Positions 40,385-50,751 of a stretch of DNA of 64,000 nt are shown one piece after another (the stretch's first letter is position 1; each line of letters begins with the position of its first letter). The notes under the pieces were generated by a model. The model did no database searches. It was not told the DNA's origin and worked only from the letters and a program-made list of their open reading frames with translations. The stretch covers positions 63 to 64,062 of the forward strand of contig CAYICZ010000002.1 of assembly GCA_964362195.1 (NCBI GenBank). Reading direction: 5' to 3'. A program made the translations under genes and the position numbers. The stretch is from an uncultured Gammaproteobacteria bacterium. GTDB taxonomy: Bacteria; Patescibacteriota; Microgenomatia; Daviesbacterales; UBA10151.

Positions 40385-41017
40385 TCATTTTATTGAAGGC
40401 ATGACCAGCATTAAATATTCCAAAATTGCCCTTATATTTACATTCTGTTTTTGCCACTCCCCTGCCTGCAAAAGTTCTTTTACAAATTTAGAATTGGCGG
40501 GTAATTTTTTATGAAAATAGTCTAGTAAAGAAAGAAAAAACTCTTCCCTGTCTTTTAATTTTTCAATATATTCAAATCTCTGTTCTAAATTGGATTCTAA
40601 TAATTTTTCTATATCTGCTGAAAAGTTAGATTTAGCTTGCAACCTCGGAGGTTGCAGCGTAATTATCTGGCATCGGGATAAAACCGTTGGTAAAAATGGA
40701 GCATCTGAGTTTGCACATAAAATAAATAAACCATGTTTTGGTAGTTCTTCTAAAGTTTTAAGCAGAGCATTTTGGGCCTCAGGGGTTAGCGAGGTTGCAT
40801 CTTCTAAAACAACAGCCCTGCCTTTACCGGAGTATGGCTTTAGTGAAAAAAACTCTTTTATTTTTCTGGACTCAGCAATTCCTAACTTGGAATCTGAGCT
40901 AAAATACAATAAATCCGGATGATTATTTACGTTCACACCTCGAAGGTGTAAGGCTAAATTCTCTTGAATTTCTTTTTTTATTGTTTCAAGTGGTCCAATT
41001 AAAAGCCTTGCAATCAT
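40385..41017 (-). CDS. holB: DNA polymerase III delta-prime-like subunit, short form lacking the N-terminal P-loop; two in-frame palindromic inserts
   Basis: HPDL...GRAVVLEDATSLTPEAQNALLKTLEELP...FILCANSDAPFLPTVLSRCQ matches delta-prime/tau box motifs; the inserts encode ENLALHLRGVN and TLQPPRLQA. Confidence 0.65.
   Translation of the reverse strand: MIARLLIGPLETIKKEIQENLALHLRGVNVNNHPDLLYFSSDSKLGIAESRKIKEFFSLKPYSGKGRAVVLEDATSLTPEAQNALLKTLEELPKHGLFILCANSDAPFLPTVLSRCQIITLQPPRLQAKSNFSADIEKLLESNLEQRFEYIEKLKDREEFFLSLLDYFHKKLPANSKFVKELLQAGEWQKQNVNIRAILEYLMLVMPSIK
40633..40662. repeat. REP-like palindromic element tagcttgcaacctcggaggttgcagcgtaa (copy 2, inside holB)
   Basis: identical to 30738-30767. 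Confidence 0.8.
40933..40960. repeat. REP-like hairpin ttcacacctcgaaggtgtaaggctaaatt (third copy of the family flanking the transposase; inside the holB 5' end)
   Basis: compare 27027-27054 and 27707-27737. Confidence 0.75.
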
Positions 41018-41042
41018 GGGCCAATTTTAACATAATGAAGTT

Positions 41043-42737
41043 ATGCCCAATACAACCCTTGAGGATATCTTATTTAACCAGGGTGTAATTACCAGTGACC
41101 AGCTCTCTGCTGTTAAGCTGGAAAGTATAAATTCAGGCCAGGGTGTTGATAAAATTCTTCTGCAGCATAATATAGTCAGCGCAGATAAAATTACCCAGGC
41201 AAAAGCACAGCTTCTGAATGTTCCTTTTATAAAACTGGAAGGAAAAGCAATTGCGGCTGATGTATTAAATCTTGTTCCGGAGCCGGCTGCAAGGCGCTAC
41301 CGGATTATCCCTTTTGAAAAATCTAAAGATGAACTTATGGTGGCTATGGAAGATCCGCTGGATATTCAGATTATCCAGTTTGTAGAAAAAAGATCCGGAA
41401 TGAGAGTAAAGCCATATTTAGCGCTTTCTGAGGATGTTTTAAAAGCAATTGGTGATCAATATTCACAAAATTTAACATCAGAGGTAACATCTGCCTTAAG
41501 GGAAGTTCAATCTGTCAGGCCTGATGAAGATCTGACACAAGCTCCTGAAATTATCAGGGAAGCTCCTGTTTCAAATATAGTTAACCAGCTTTTGGAATAT
41601 GCCATTAAAACCCGTGCTTCAGATATTCATATTGAGCCTGAGGAAGATCGGACAAGGGTTAGATATAGAATAGATGGAATTCTGCAGGAAAAAATACTTC
41701 TGCCAAAAGGGGTTCATGATGCCCTGATTTCACGTATCAAAATTTTATCTGTTTTAAAGATTGATGAAAAAAGACTGCCTCAGGATGGCCGTTTTACTTT
41801 TAAATATGGACAAAACGAAGTTGATCTTAGGGTATCTACAGTTCCCACAGTTTTTGGAGAAAAAGTGGTTATGAGGCTTTTACCCAAAAGCAATGCTGCC
41901 CCAACCCTACTAGAGTTAGGTTTAAGAGGTGTTTCGGTGAAGGCTTTGGAGTCTCAGCTACTTCGAACCCATGGAATTATTTTAATTTGTGGTCCAACAG
42001 GTTCAGGTAAAACAACTACGCTATATTCAATTTTAACTAAAGTTTCGACAACTAAAGTTAATGTTGTAACAGTTGAAGATCCGGTTGAATATCAAATTAC
42101 CGGAGTTAATCAGGTTCAGGTAAATCCCACTGTAGGTTTAACTTTTGCCTCGGCTCTGCGTTCATTCCTTAGACAGGATCCTAATATTATAATGGTAGGA
42201 GAGATTAGAGATACAGAGACTGCAGAGTTAGCGATCCAGGCTGCACTAACCGGCCACCAGGTTTTCTCCACTATACACACCAACTCAGCAGCAGGTTCTC
42301 CCCCAAGGCTTTTGGATATGGGAGTTGAGCCATTCCTTTTAACCTCTGCTCTAAATTGTGTGGTAGGACAAAGAGTTGTCAGAAAAATCTGTACCCACTG
42401 TAAAGTCCAATTCAATGCCCCGCCTGAGGTGACAGAAAGCATTAAACAGATACTGGGAAAATTTATACCGGTGAACCAGGCCTCTGTTATGAAGCTTTAT
42501 AAAGGAGCCGGCTGCAGCTTTTGCGCTAAGACCGGCTATTTAGGCAGGATTGGGATTTTTGAAGTTTTGGTAATATCAGATAGCATTGCCAAGCTTATTT
42601 TAGAGCATACCTCCAGTAGCGCAATTGAGGAATTAGCAGTTTCTTCGGGAATGATTACTATGAAGCAGGATGGTTATTTAAAAGTTCTGGAAGCAGTAAC
42701 AACTTTAGAGGAGGTATTGAGGGTAGCTCAAGACTGA
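41043..42737 (+). CDS. pilB: type IV pilus assembly ATPase PilB (GspE family)
   Basis: N-terminal T2SE_N-like domain; Walker A GPTGSGKTTT; Asp box, His box and tetracysteine CTHC...CSFC. Confidence 0.9.
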   Translation: MPNTTLEDILFNQGVITSDQLSAVKLESINSGQGVDKILLQHNIVSADKITQAKAQLLNVPFIKLEGKAIAADVLNLVPEPAARRYRIIPFEKSKDELMVAMEDPLDIQIIQFVEKRSGMRVKPYLALSEDVLKAIGDQYSQNLTSEVTSALREVQSVRPDEDLTQAPEIIREAPVSNIVNQLLEYAIKTRASDIHIEPEEDRTRVRYRIDGILQEKILLPKGVHDALISRIKILSVLKIDEKRLPQDGRFTFKYGQNEVDLRVSTVPTVFGEKVVMRLLPKSNAAPTLLELGLRGVSVKALESQLLRTHGIILICGPTGSGKTTTLYSILTKVSTTKVNVVTVEDPVEYQITGVNQVQVNPTVGLTFASALRSFLRQDPNIIMVGEIRDTETAELAIQAALTGHQVFSTIHTNSAAGSPPRLLDMGVEPFLLTSALNCVVGQRVVRKICTHCKVQFNAPPEVTESIKQILGKFIPVNQASVMKLYKGAGCSFCAKTGYLGRIGIFEVLVISDSIAKLILEHTSSSAIEELAVSSGMITMKQDGYLKVLEAVTTLEEVLRVAQD

Positions 42738-42738
42738 T

Positions 42739-43791
42739 ATGAATATACAACAACTTTTGGATTTAACAATACAAAGAAATGCTTCTGATTTACATCTTTC
42801 TGTGGGTTTCCCTCCCACACTCCGTATCCATGGAGATCTGATTCCTGTTGTTGGGGAGACTCCATCTACCCCGCAGCAGATTCAAAGTTTAATTACTCCA
42901 CTTATATCAAGCCAGCAGAAAAGTATTTATGATCAGGGTTTTGAGCTTGATTTTTCTTTTGAAAAGGAGGGAAAAGCCAGATTTCGGGCCAATGTATACA
43001 GACAAAAGGGGTTTCCTGCTGTGGCTCTAAGATTAATCCCGTATATGATTCCTTTACTTGAGAATCTGGGTCTTCCTGCCTCTGTTGTGAAGCTAACAAA
43101 TTTAAAGCAGGGATTTATTTTAGTGACCGGTCCAACAGGCCATGGTAAATCAACAACACTGGCTTCAATGATAAATAAGATTAATATGGAAAGAGCGGAG
43201 CATGTTATTACCATTGAAGATCCGATTGAATATGTATACCCTAAGGGTAAATCTTTTATTGAACAGCGTGAGATGTATCGGGACACCAGATCCTGGGGGA
43301 ATGCCCTGAGGGCTTCTTTAAGGGAAGATCCGGATGTTGTTTTAATTGGTGAAATGAGAGACTTGGAAACCATAGCAGCTGCCATGACAATTGCCGAAAC
43401 CGGTCATTTGGTGCTTGCTACTCTTCATACAAATTCGGCTGCCCAATCAGTTGACAGGATAATAGATGTTTTTCCGGAGATACAACAGCCGCAGATCAGG
43501 CTGCAGTTAGCCTCGACTTTGGAGGCAATTATATCTTTGCGGTTAATTCCAACTATCCAGCCGGGCAGGGTTTTAGCATCAGAGGTTTTATTTGCCACAC
43601 CGGCTGTCAGGAATATTATCAGAGAGGGAAAAACTTACCTTACAGATAACTTAATTGAAACTTCAGGTGAGTTAGGCATGCAAATACTGGAGCGCTCTTT
43701 GGCTGATTTAGTAAAAACGGGAAAAATATCAGAGGATTTAGCTAACCGGTTTGCACTTCGTCCTGAACTCTTGAGTAAACTCATAAAATAA
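42739..43791 (+). CDS. pilT: twitching-motility retraction ATPase PilT
   Basis: ASDLHL, GPTGHGKSTT and AIRE-like region; 350 aa. Confidence 0.9.
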   Translation: MNIQQLLDLTIQRNASDLHLSVGFPPTLRIHGDLIPVVGETPSTPQQIQSLITPLISSQQKSIYDQGFELDFSFEKEGKARFRANVYRQKGFPAVALRLIPYMIPLLENLGLPASVVKLTNLKQGFILVTGPTGHGKSTTLASMINKINMERAEHVITIEDPIEYVYPKGKSFIEQREMYRDTRSWGNALRASLREDPDVVLIGEMRDLETIAAAMTIAETGHLVLATLHTNSAAQSVDRIIDVFPEIQQPQIRLQLASTLEAIISLRLIPTIQPGRVLASEVLFATPAVRNIIREGKTYLTDNLIETSGELGMQILERSLADLVKTGKISEDLANRFALRPELLSKLIK

Positions 43792-44994
43792 ATGGCTGAA
43801 TTTAACTACAGTGCAAAAGATAGCGAAGGTTTAAACCACACAGGCTCTGTTAAAACTCCTGATCTTCACTCAGCTGCTGTCATTTTAAGAAAAAAAGGGC
43901 TGATTGTTATTTCCATAACCCCTAAAGGAGGTGGAGCAAATTCTTTTTTAGGAAAGTTTCTCAATAGAGTTTCCTTTACAGACTTGGTTATTATAACCAG
44001 GCAACTGGCAACTATGGTTTCGGCAGGGCTGGTTTTATCTGAAGCTATTGATATTTTGGTTGAACAACAAAATAATAAAACCTTAAAAAAAGCTTTGGAT
44101 GAGATTTCTCAGGATATTAAAGGTGGATTAACTCTGGCTCAGGCTTTAGGTAAATATCCAAATATATTTCCCCGGCTTTATGTTAATTTGGTAAAAAGCG
44201 GTGAAGCTTCGGGAAAGCTAGACCAGGTGCTTGTACAAATGGCTGACGGATTGGAAAAAGACAGGGAGTTTCAAGCCAGAATTAAGGGGGCATTGATTTA
44301 TCCAGTAGTAGTTATTTCGATGATGATTGTTGTTGTCATAATAATGATGGTTTTTGTGATACCAAAGCTGGTAACTCTGTATTCACAATCAACAATTGAC
44401 TTGCCTCTTCCCACTAAAATTCTAATCGGAACATCAAATATGTTTGTGCATTTTTGGTGGCTGATGATCATTGTTATTGTGGGGTCAATCATTGGTATCC
44501 AAAGGTGGAATAAAACCCCTTCGGGAAATCTTTTTCTGGGAAGGCTTCTTTTAAAAACTCCTCTGATCGGCAGAATAATTACCAATGTGACTTTAACCAA
44601 TTTTAACCGTACTTTTGGATTACTCACCGCTGCTGGTATCCCTCTTTTGGAATCAATAGGAATTGTTTCCGAGTTAACAGACAACCCGGTCTATAGGATT
44701 GCGCTAAAAGATGCATATGAAGGTGTTGAAAAAGGCTTGAGCTTTTCTTCTCTTTTAACAGCGGAAGTATTCCCCAAAATTGTTTCCCAGATGATAAAAG
44801 TAGGAGAAGAAACAGGTAAAGTTGATGAGATATTTTTCAAACTGGCAGAATATTTTGAGTCAGAGTCTGATCATCTGGTTAAGAACTTAACTGTAGCAAT
44901 TGAGCCGATAATTTTGATAATTTTAGGTGTTGGAGTAGGATTTTTGGTTATTTCGATCATACTGCCAATATACAAGTTGACAACGTCATTTTAG
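43792..44994 (+). CDS. pilC: type IV pilus platform protein PilC (GspF family)
   Basis: two T2SF repeats and 3 TM helices; 400 aa. Confidence 0.85.
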   Translation: MAEFNYSAKDSEGLNHTGSVKTPDLHSAAVILRKKGLIVISITPKGGGANSFLGKFLNRVSFTDLVIITRQLATMVSAGLVLSEAIDILVEQQNNKTLKKALDEISQDIKGGLTLAQALGKYPNIFPRLYVNLVKSGEASGKLDQVLVQMADGLEKDREFQARIKGALIYPVVVISMMIVVVIIMMVFVIPKLVTLYSQSTIDLPLPTKILIGTSNMFVHFWWLMIIVIVGSIIGIQRWNKTPSGNLFLGRLLLKTPLIGRIITNVTLTNFNRTFGLLTAAGIPLLESIGIVSELTDNPVYRIALKDAYEGVEKGLSFSSLLTAEVFPKIVSQMIKVGEETGKVDEIFFKLAEYFESESDHLVKNLTVAIEPIILIILGVGVGFLVISIILPIYKLTTSF

Positions 44995-45036
44995 TATGAA
45001 TACAATGAAATATACATTGAAAGGGGGTGAATTAAT

Positions 45037-45579
45037 TTGATAAAATCTGCTCACAGAGGTTTCACGCTTGTGGAACTTTTGGTTGTTATCGCAATTATTG
45101 CTATTTTAGCAGCGGTTGTTGTCTTAATCATTAATCCATTAGAACTTACTAGAAGAGGTAGAGATGCAGCCAGATTAACAGACCTTGCAAATTTACAACA
45201 GGCTATTAATGTGGCAGTTCAAGAAGCCACAAATAGCGGTCAAAATATTGCTTGTGCGGGAGCTGGCCCTACTTGTAGAGATGATAGTAAAATTGGTCTA
45301 AGAACAACTGATGGAACTGGATGGGTAAGAGTGAATTTAGGGGTACAAACAAGCGTATCTGTTCCAACTTTACCTGTTGATCCAACTAACAGTACTGTTT
45401 ATCACTATGCCTATTGTGGCAGCGGTGATAATTGGGAAATATACACTGTTTTAGAATCAGCCCAACAAAGTCCTAAGATGACCACTGATGGTGGTACCAA
45501 CAATAATTACTATGAAGTTGGTTCTGTACTTAATTTGGCAGGCACTGCTGCAGGAGGAAGTGGATTTTGCACCTATTAA
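45037..45579 (+). CDS. type IV pilin (probable major pilin)
   Basis: class III leader MIKSAHRG|FTLVELLVVIAIIAILAA; first pilin after pilC; C-terminal Cys pair. Confidence 0.75.
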   Translation: MIKSAHRGFTLVELLVVIAIIAILAAVVVLIINPLELTRRGRDAARLTDLANLQQAINVAVQEATNSGQNIACAGAGPTCRDDSKIGLRTTDGTGWVRVNLGVQTSVSVPTLPVDPTNSTVYHYAYCGSGDNWEIYTVLESAQQSPKMTTDGGTNNNYYEVGSVLNLAGTAAGGSGFCTY

Positions 45580-46466
45580 ATTTGAATTGGTTTGTAGTTT
45601 CGGGAATGGTTTTGGGTGCAATTTTGGGAAGCTTAGTTAAAGCGCTCTCTGATCGGAGCCTAATAAATAAGTCCTTTTGGGGAAGGTCGTATTGTCCGAT
45701 ATGCCATAAGCATTTGAGATTATACGACCTTTTTCCAGTTCTTTCCTATTTATCCACCAGTGGAAGGTGTAGATACTGCAAAAAAAAGATTGGGATTGAA
45801 TATCCTCTGGTAGAAATTGTGATGGGAGTATTAATAGGTTTTCTTTTTTTTCAAAGCTCCCTGAGTTTACTGTCGGTAAATCTTGTTTTAAGTCTTATTT
45901 ATAAAATATTCTTTATCACAATTCTTGCTGTTTTGTTTTTAACAGATTTAAAAAAGATGTTTATACCGGATAGGATAATACTTCCCTCTTTGGTAATAGG
46001 CCTTATCCTTAGTCTGGGAATCACTATTTATAAAATAGGATATTTATATTATTTTCTGCTGCAAAACCCGGTTGGAAAGTTTCTACTCCCCCCCCACTCC
46101 GATTATTTCCTAAGACATGCATTTTATGCTGCAGAGCCCGCCTTAACAGGAATTTTAATGGCCATCTTGATAGGTGGATTTTTCTGGGGTTTAATTATTA
46201 TCACAAAAGGAAAAGGTATGGGTGGAGGTGATGTTAAGCTGGGAGCATTCATGGGGTTGATGTTAGGTTTTCCTCAAGCTCTTATTGCCTTAATTTTATC
46301 TTTTTTAATAGGCGCAATATTTTCCATAATTTTAATTATTTTTGGCAAAAAACATTTAGGACAAACTATCCCCTTTGGACCATTTTTAGTTTTAGGCAGT
46401 TTAATAGTTTTATTTTGGGGAGAAAAGATTTTAAACTGGTACCTAAACTTAAGTATAGGTACTTGA
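45567..46466 (+). CDS. pilD: prepilin peptidase PilD (A24 family)
   Basis: N-terminal CPICHK...CRYCKKKI zinc-binding cytoplasmic domain and a polytopic peptidase core with the catalytic Asp motif GGGDVKL. Confidence 0.85.
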   Translation: MHLLNLNWFVVSGMVLGAILGSLVKALSDRSLINKSFWGRSYCPICHKHLRLYDLFPVLSYLSTSGRCRYCKKKIGIEYPLVEIVMGVLIGFLFFQSSLSLLSVNLVLSLIYKIFFITILAVLFLTDLKKMFIPDRIILPSLVIGLILSLGITIYKIGYLYYFLLQNPVGKFLLPPHSDYFLRHAFYAAEPALTGILMAILIGGFFWGLIIITKGKGMGGGDVKLGAFMGLMLGFPQALIALILSFLIGAIFSIILIIFGKKHLGQTIPFGPFLVLGSLIVLFWGEKILNWYLNLSIGT

Positions 46467-46501
46467 CATCAGACGCTTTTCGTACAAATAATTAAGTAGT
46501 A

Positions 46502-46885
46502 ATGAAAAAATTTCTGCCCAAAACAGCTTCTAATCCGAATGGTTTCACCCTGGTTGAACTTCTGGTTGTTATCTCCATTATTGCCATCCTTTCTGTGATT
46601 GGAATTACTATTTTTTCAGGAGTCCAAAAAAATGCCAGAGATGCCAGAAGAAGAGGAGATATAGAAGCTATTTCTAAAGCCTGGGAGGTAAATTATTCCA
46701 AGACTACTCCTTTCTATCCAAAATTAGTCATAACTTGGTTTGCCTCTGGAGCTATACCAAAAGACCCTCAAACAGGTGCTTCATATACGTATACTGGTGC
46801 TAATGAAACTACTGGAGCAGATACTTATAAAGTCTGTGTAACTTTAGAAGATACCACAACGTACTGCAAGTCTAATCAACAATAA
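46502..46885 (+). CDS. type IV pilin-like protein
   Basis: G|FTLVELLVVISIIAIL prepilin N-terminus. Confidence 0.7.
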   Translation: MKKFLPKTASNPNGFTLVELLVVISIIAILSVIGITIFSGVQKNARDARRRGDIEAISKAWEVNYSKTTPFYPKLVITWFASGAIPKDPQTGASYTYTGANETTGADTYKVCVTLEDTTTYCKSNQQ

Positions 46886-47326
46886 ATGACCAGACGGTCT
46901 GGATTTACTTTAATTGAACTGCTGATCGTAATTTCTATTATTGGTATTTTGTCTGTTATTGGAATGGTTGCTTATAGTACTTTTTTGAAAAATTCCAGGG
47001 ATGCCAAAAGACAGTCAGATTTAAAATTTATCCAGTCTGCATTGGAGGAGTATCATTCTGACCAACTTTATTATCCCTCTGGGACAACTTTAGGTTCATC
47101 AATTACCAATGGTAAAACTCCTCTTAAAACATATTTAACTACAGTTCCTAATGATCCTAAAGATCAATCAGCTTATTCTTATGTTGCTCAACCAAGCGGT
47201 TGTGCCACTGCAGCTTGTACAAGCTATTGTTTATCAGCGAGCTTGGAAAATCTTGTAGGTAAAAAGACAGAAGGTAATTGTTCTAATCCTTCTGGCCCAT
47301 ACAATTTTACTGTTACCAGACCTTAA
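46886..47326 (+). CDS. type IV pilin-like protein
   Basis: SG|FTLIELLIVISIIGIL prepilin N-terminus. Confidence 0.7.
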   Translation: MTRRSGFTLIELLIVISIIGILSVIGMVAYSTFLKNSRDAKRQSDLKFIQSALEEYHSDQLYYPSGTTLGSSITNGKTPLKTYLTTVPNDPKDQSAYSYVAQPSGCATAACTSYCLSASLENLVGKKTEGNCSNPSGPYNFTVTRP

Positions 47327-47345
47327 AATATGATACCTTTAATAT

Positions 47346-47780
47346 ATGAGGTCTGCCGGCTATACACTCATTGAACTTCTAGTTGTTATTTCAATAATAG
47401 GCATTTTGTCTGTTGTAGCTTTTGTAAATATTAAGGAATTCTCCTCCTCTCAAGCATTAAAAAAAGCAGCAGGTGAAGTGCAATCCTTTTTAAGGCTGGC
47501 CCAAAGCAATGCCAGTTCCTCTACTCTCTGCAACGGTGTTGGTGGTGTTCCTTGGACAGTTACTATTAATACAAACACTGTTGTAATTACATGTAATATT
47601 GATACTCCTTATAAAACTTTAACCCTTCAATCAGGAATAACAATAAGTCCCCAGTTTTCAGTGATTTATTCGGCCCTCAAAGGTGTTCCAGATAGCAGTG
47701 TTACTATTACCTTAGATAATGGCAAAGGTGAAACAAAAACAGTGATTTTAACCAGCGGAGGGGCAATAAATGTACAGTGA
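47346..47780 (+). CDS. minor pilin (GspH/FimT-like)
   Basis: AG|YTLIELLVVISIIGIL. Confidence 0.6.
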   Translation: MRSAGYTLIELLVVISIIGILSVVAFVNIKEFSSSQALKKAAGEVQSFLRLAQSNASSSTLCNGVGGVPWTVTINTNTVVITCNIDTPYKTLTLQSGITISPQFSVIYSALKGVPDSSVTITLDNGKGETKTVILTSGGAINVQ

Positions 47781-48300
47781 AAAAGGACAAAGCCTGATGG
47801 AACTGGTAATTGTGATAGCTGTAGTGGTTATTGTAATAGGAGCTTTAGTTTTTGCCACTATTGCTTCTTTAAGAAATGCCCAATTTGCTAAAAACCAGGC
47901 CCAGGCTACAAAGCTGGCACAGGAAGGCCTGGAATGGGTAAGAACCGGCAGAGACAGGAATAAAGGAATTAATGATCTGGATTCATCAGTGACCAATTGG
48001 GATACAATTTGGGGGTATCAAATTTCGGGGGGTCCTGATACATTTTGTAATAGTTCTTCTATTATAAAACAATGCTATTTTAAAATTTTGTCTGATGGTT
48101 CCTTGATATACATTAATTCTTCTTCTGCCTTTCCATCAGGTTTTGCAGAATCTATTCAGCCAAATTTCGAAAGAGCAATTACATTATCTGATGATTCGGC
48201 TTCTTCTGATAAACAGAAAACTGTTACTGCTATTGTTACATGGACTGATTTTTCAGGGCCACACGAATCAAAGCTGACTACGATCTTGAGGAAATTATGA
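47770..48300 (+). CDS. minor pilin-like protein
   Basis: GQSLMELVIVIAVVVIVIG hydrophobic N-terminus with Glu at +5. Confidence 0.5.
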   Translation: MYSEKGQSLMELVIVIAVVVIVIGALVFATIASLRNAQFAKNQAQATKLAQEGLEWVRTGRDRNKGINDLDSSVTNWDTIWGYQISGGPDTFCNSSSIIKQCYFKILSDGSLIYINSSSAFPSGFAESIQPNFERAITLSDDSASSDKQKTVTAIVTWTDFSGPHESKLTTILRKL

Positions 48301-48902
48301 AAAAAGGATTTACTCTAGTTGAAATTTTGGTAGTTATATCTGTTTTATCAGTTGCCGGGGTAATTATTCTAACTATATTTACCAGGACCTTAAAAGGTAA
48401 TAATAAAGCACAAATTTTATCAGTCATTAAACAAAACGGCCAGGCTGTTTTGGAAAATATGGATAAGACTATAAGAGGAGCAGATAATGTGGTTTGCATC
48501 AGTCCAGATAATAAAACCTTAGTTGTTGCGCAAGGTGGTATATACACCCGCTACAGGTTTGTAGCACCAATTCCTGATACTGCAAATGGATTGATTCAAC
48601 AAGCTAATCCTATTCAGCCTGATACTGGTGATAATAGTGATATTAAGCTTTTTAAGGATAATGTTTGCACAGATCCTATGGGGACAGATACTCAGGGTGG
48701 AAATCTAATAAATATACTTACTGATACTGATTTACAATCAGGAGTATCTGTGGAAAATGGCTCATTTAATAAAAATCCGCAGTCAGGATTTAAAGACACA
48801 ATAACTATAAATTTTCAGCTTGCACATGCTCTGAAGGCTCCCCCGGCAGTTGCAGGGCAGATTGATCCTGTTACATTCCAGACAACTATACAACTAAGAT
48901 GA
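48297..48902 (+). CDS. minor pilin (PilV-like)
   Basis: KG|FTLVEILVVISVLSVAG. Confidence 0.6.
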   Translation: MKKGFTLVEILVVISVLSVAGVIILTIFTRTLKGNNKAQILSVIKQNGQAVLENMDKTIRGADNVVCISPDNKTLVVAQGGIYTRYRFVAPIPDTANGLIQQANPIQPDTGDNSDIKLFKDNVCTDPMGTDTQGGNLINILTDTDLQSGVSVENGSFNKNPQSGFKDTITINFQLAHALKAPPAVAGQIDPVTFQTTIQLR

Positions 48903-48914
48903 TAATATAAATAT

Positions 48915-49787
48915 ATGATAAAAAGACAATCCGGTCAGGCAATCCTTGCTCTTATATTAATAATGACAGTGGCGCTGGCTATTGGTTTATCAGTTGTCCA
49001 AAAGAGTCTGGTTGACGTGTCAACGTCAACCAAGGTAGAAGAATCAAGCCGGGCTTTCTCTGCAGCCGAGGCAGGTATAGAACACGCTCTAAGGGGTGGC
49101 AGTATAACCTCTCTTCCCGATTTGGGAGATAATAATGCTACGATTACATCAATAACAGGAGGTAATTTAATACCAACTATTCCTGCTGCAAATACAAGAC
49201 AAGATTCCCTGGAATATCCCCCTTTGGCAAAAGAAGAAATAGCCCATGTCTGGCTTGCAGACTTTACTTTGGGTACTAATCCTCCTGATGAATTTTACAA
49301 ACAAACTAGTTTAAATATTTACTGGGGTGATCCTAAAGCTACTGATAAAGCTGCACTGGAGTTAACCATAGTTTCTTTTGACGGAAGTAAGTATATATCT
49401 AATAAGTTTTACTTAGATAATTCAACAATTGCTCCAAGAGGCAACAATTTTGATACAAACACAATTTGTCCTGTAGGAGGGATTAGCGATGTTGGTGTAA
49501 ATAAATATCAATGTTCCAAAATAATTACCGGATTATCCCCGAAATTAATGCTTATCAGGGCACGCCTATTATATAATTCAACTTCCCAGCCTTTTGCTGT
49601 CCAGGCTACGTATCCTTGTGGCGGTACATCTGGAAATAACTGTTTTATTCCTCCACAGGCAAGGATACTTACCTCGACTGGAATTTCCGGTGAAACCCAA
49701 AGACGCGTCCAGGTATTTAGACTGGATAAAGTAGTTCCTCCTTATTTTGACTATGCCATTTTTTCGCTGGGAGCTATAAGTAAGTGA
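48915..49787 (+). CDS. PilX-N-like minor pilin
   Basis: N-terminal SGQAILALILIMTVALAIG followed by AAEAGIEHAL, as in the PilX N-terminal domain. Confidence 0.5.
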   Translation: MIKRQSGQAILALILIMTVALAIGLSVVQKSLVDVSTSTKVEESSRAFSAAEAGIEHALRGGSITSLPDLGDNNATITSITGGNLIPTIPAANTRQDSLEYPPLAKEEIAHVWLADFTLGTNPPDEFYKQTSLNIYWGDPKATDKAALELTIVSFDGSKYISNKFYLDNSTIAPRGNNFDTNTICPVGGISDVGVNKYQCSKIITGLSPKLMLIRARLLYNSTSQPFAVQATYPCGGTSGNNCFIPPQARILTSTGISGETQRRVQVFRLDKVVPPYFDYAIFSLGAISK

Positions 49788-50188
49788 AAGGCTTCTCTTT
49801 AATTGAGTTACTACTGGTAATAGTAGTTGTTGGCATCAGTGTTTTTTTGCTTGCCAGCTTACCCAATGCCCTGAATTTAATCACCAAAAGCAATCACATG
49901 TCGCTGGCCCGGGAAATTGCCAGCAAACAGCTTGAGGATAAAAGAGCCTTAAGTTATGCAAATTTAGTTCCGGATATTTCAACTATTGCAGATTCAAGGA
50001 TTAGCCTGCTTCCTTTGGGTTCAGGGACTACTACTGTGGAAGATTGTGTAAAAGAAACATATCCCCAGTATTGTCCGAACGACGAACATATAAAACTTGT
50101 GGTTGTGACTATAAATTGGAAAGACAACAGTAAAGATCAAACCATTAGTCTGAATACTTTTATTGGAGAAGGAGGGATAAACCAGTGA
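49784..50188 (+). CDS. minor pilin-like protein
   Basis: KG|FSLIELLLVIVVVGI. Confidence 0.55.
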   Translation: MKGFSLIELLLVIVVVGISVFLLASLPNALNLITKSNHMSLAREIASKQLEDKRALSYANLVPDISTIADSRISLLPLGSGTTTVEDCVKETYPQYCPNDEHIKLVVVTINWKDNSKDQTISLNTFIGEGGINQ

Positions 50189-50751
50189 AAGGCTTAACTT
50201 TGCTTGAGTTGGTAATAACAATGGGTCTTGTTTCGGTAGTAGGACTTTTACTGGTGGTAATTATTGTTAACTCAACCGGAGTTTTTTATAAAGAGTCTTC
50301 CAAGCTTTCTCAAGGTTTAAATATAAATGATGCGTTGTCCAGTATCAGAAGCGATATTAAGCAGTCAGCAGGTGTTGCGGCATCTTATGTAGACGGTTCA
50401 ACAACTTATACCTCAGGAACAACACAACTTGTTTTAAAACGCTCATCCGTTGATTCATCTAATAATTTAATTTCCAATACCTATGATTACTTTGTGTATT
50501 TTTTGGATCAAAAAAAACTACGTTTGAAAACTTTTCCGGATCCGTCAAGCACCAGAAAGCAGCAAGATAAAATATTTTCAACTCTAGTTGACTTTCTTTT
50601 ATTTCAATACTTTGACTTAAATAATCCCCCCACTGAGGTAACACCTGAAATTGCCGGCAAAGTCAGAATAACAATTACACTTAAGGAAAAAAGCGGAGCT
50701 GGTTATGAAACAAAAACAGCTACATCAGAGGCTACCTTAAGAAATGATTAG
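50185..50751 (+). CDS. minor pilin-like protein
   Basis: KG|LTLLELVITMGLVSVVG. Confidence 0.55.
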   Translation: MKGLTLLELVITMGLVSVVGLLLVVIIVNSTGVFYKESSKLSQGLNINDALSSIRSDIKQSAGVAASYVDGSTTYTSGTTQLVLKRSSVDSSNNLISNTYDYFVYFLDQKKLRLKTFPDPSSTRKQQDKIFSTLVDFLLFQYFDLNNPPTEVTPEIAGKVRITITLKEKSGAGYETKTATSEATLRND

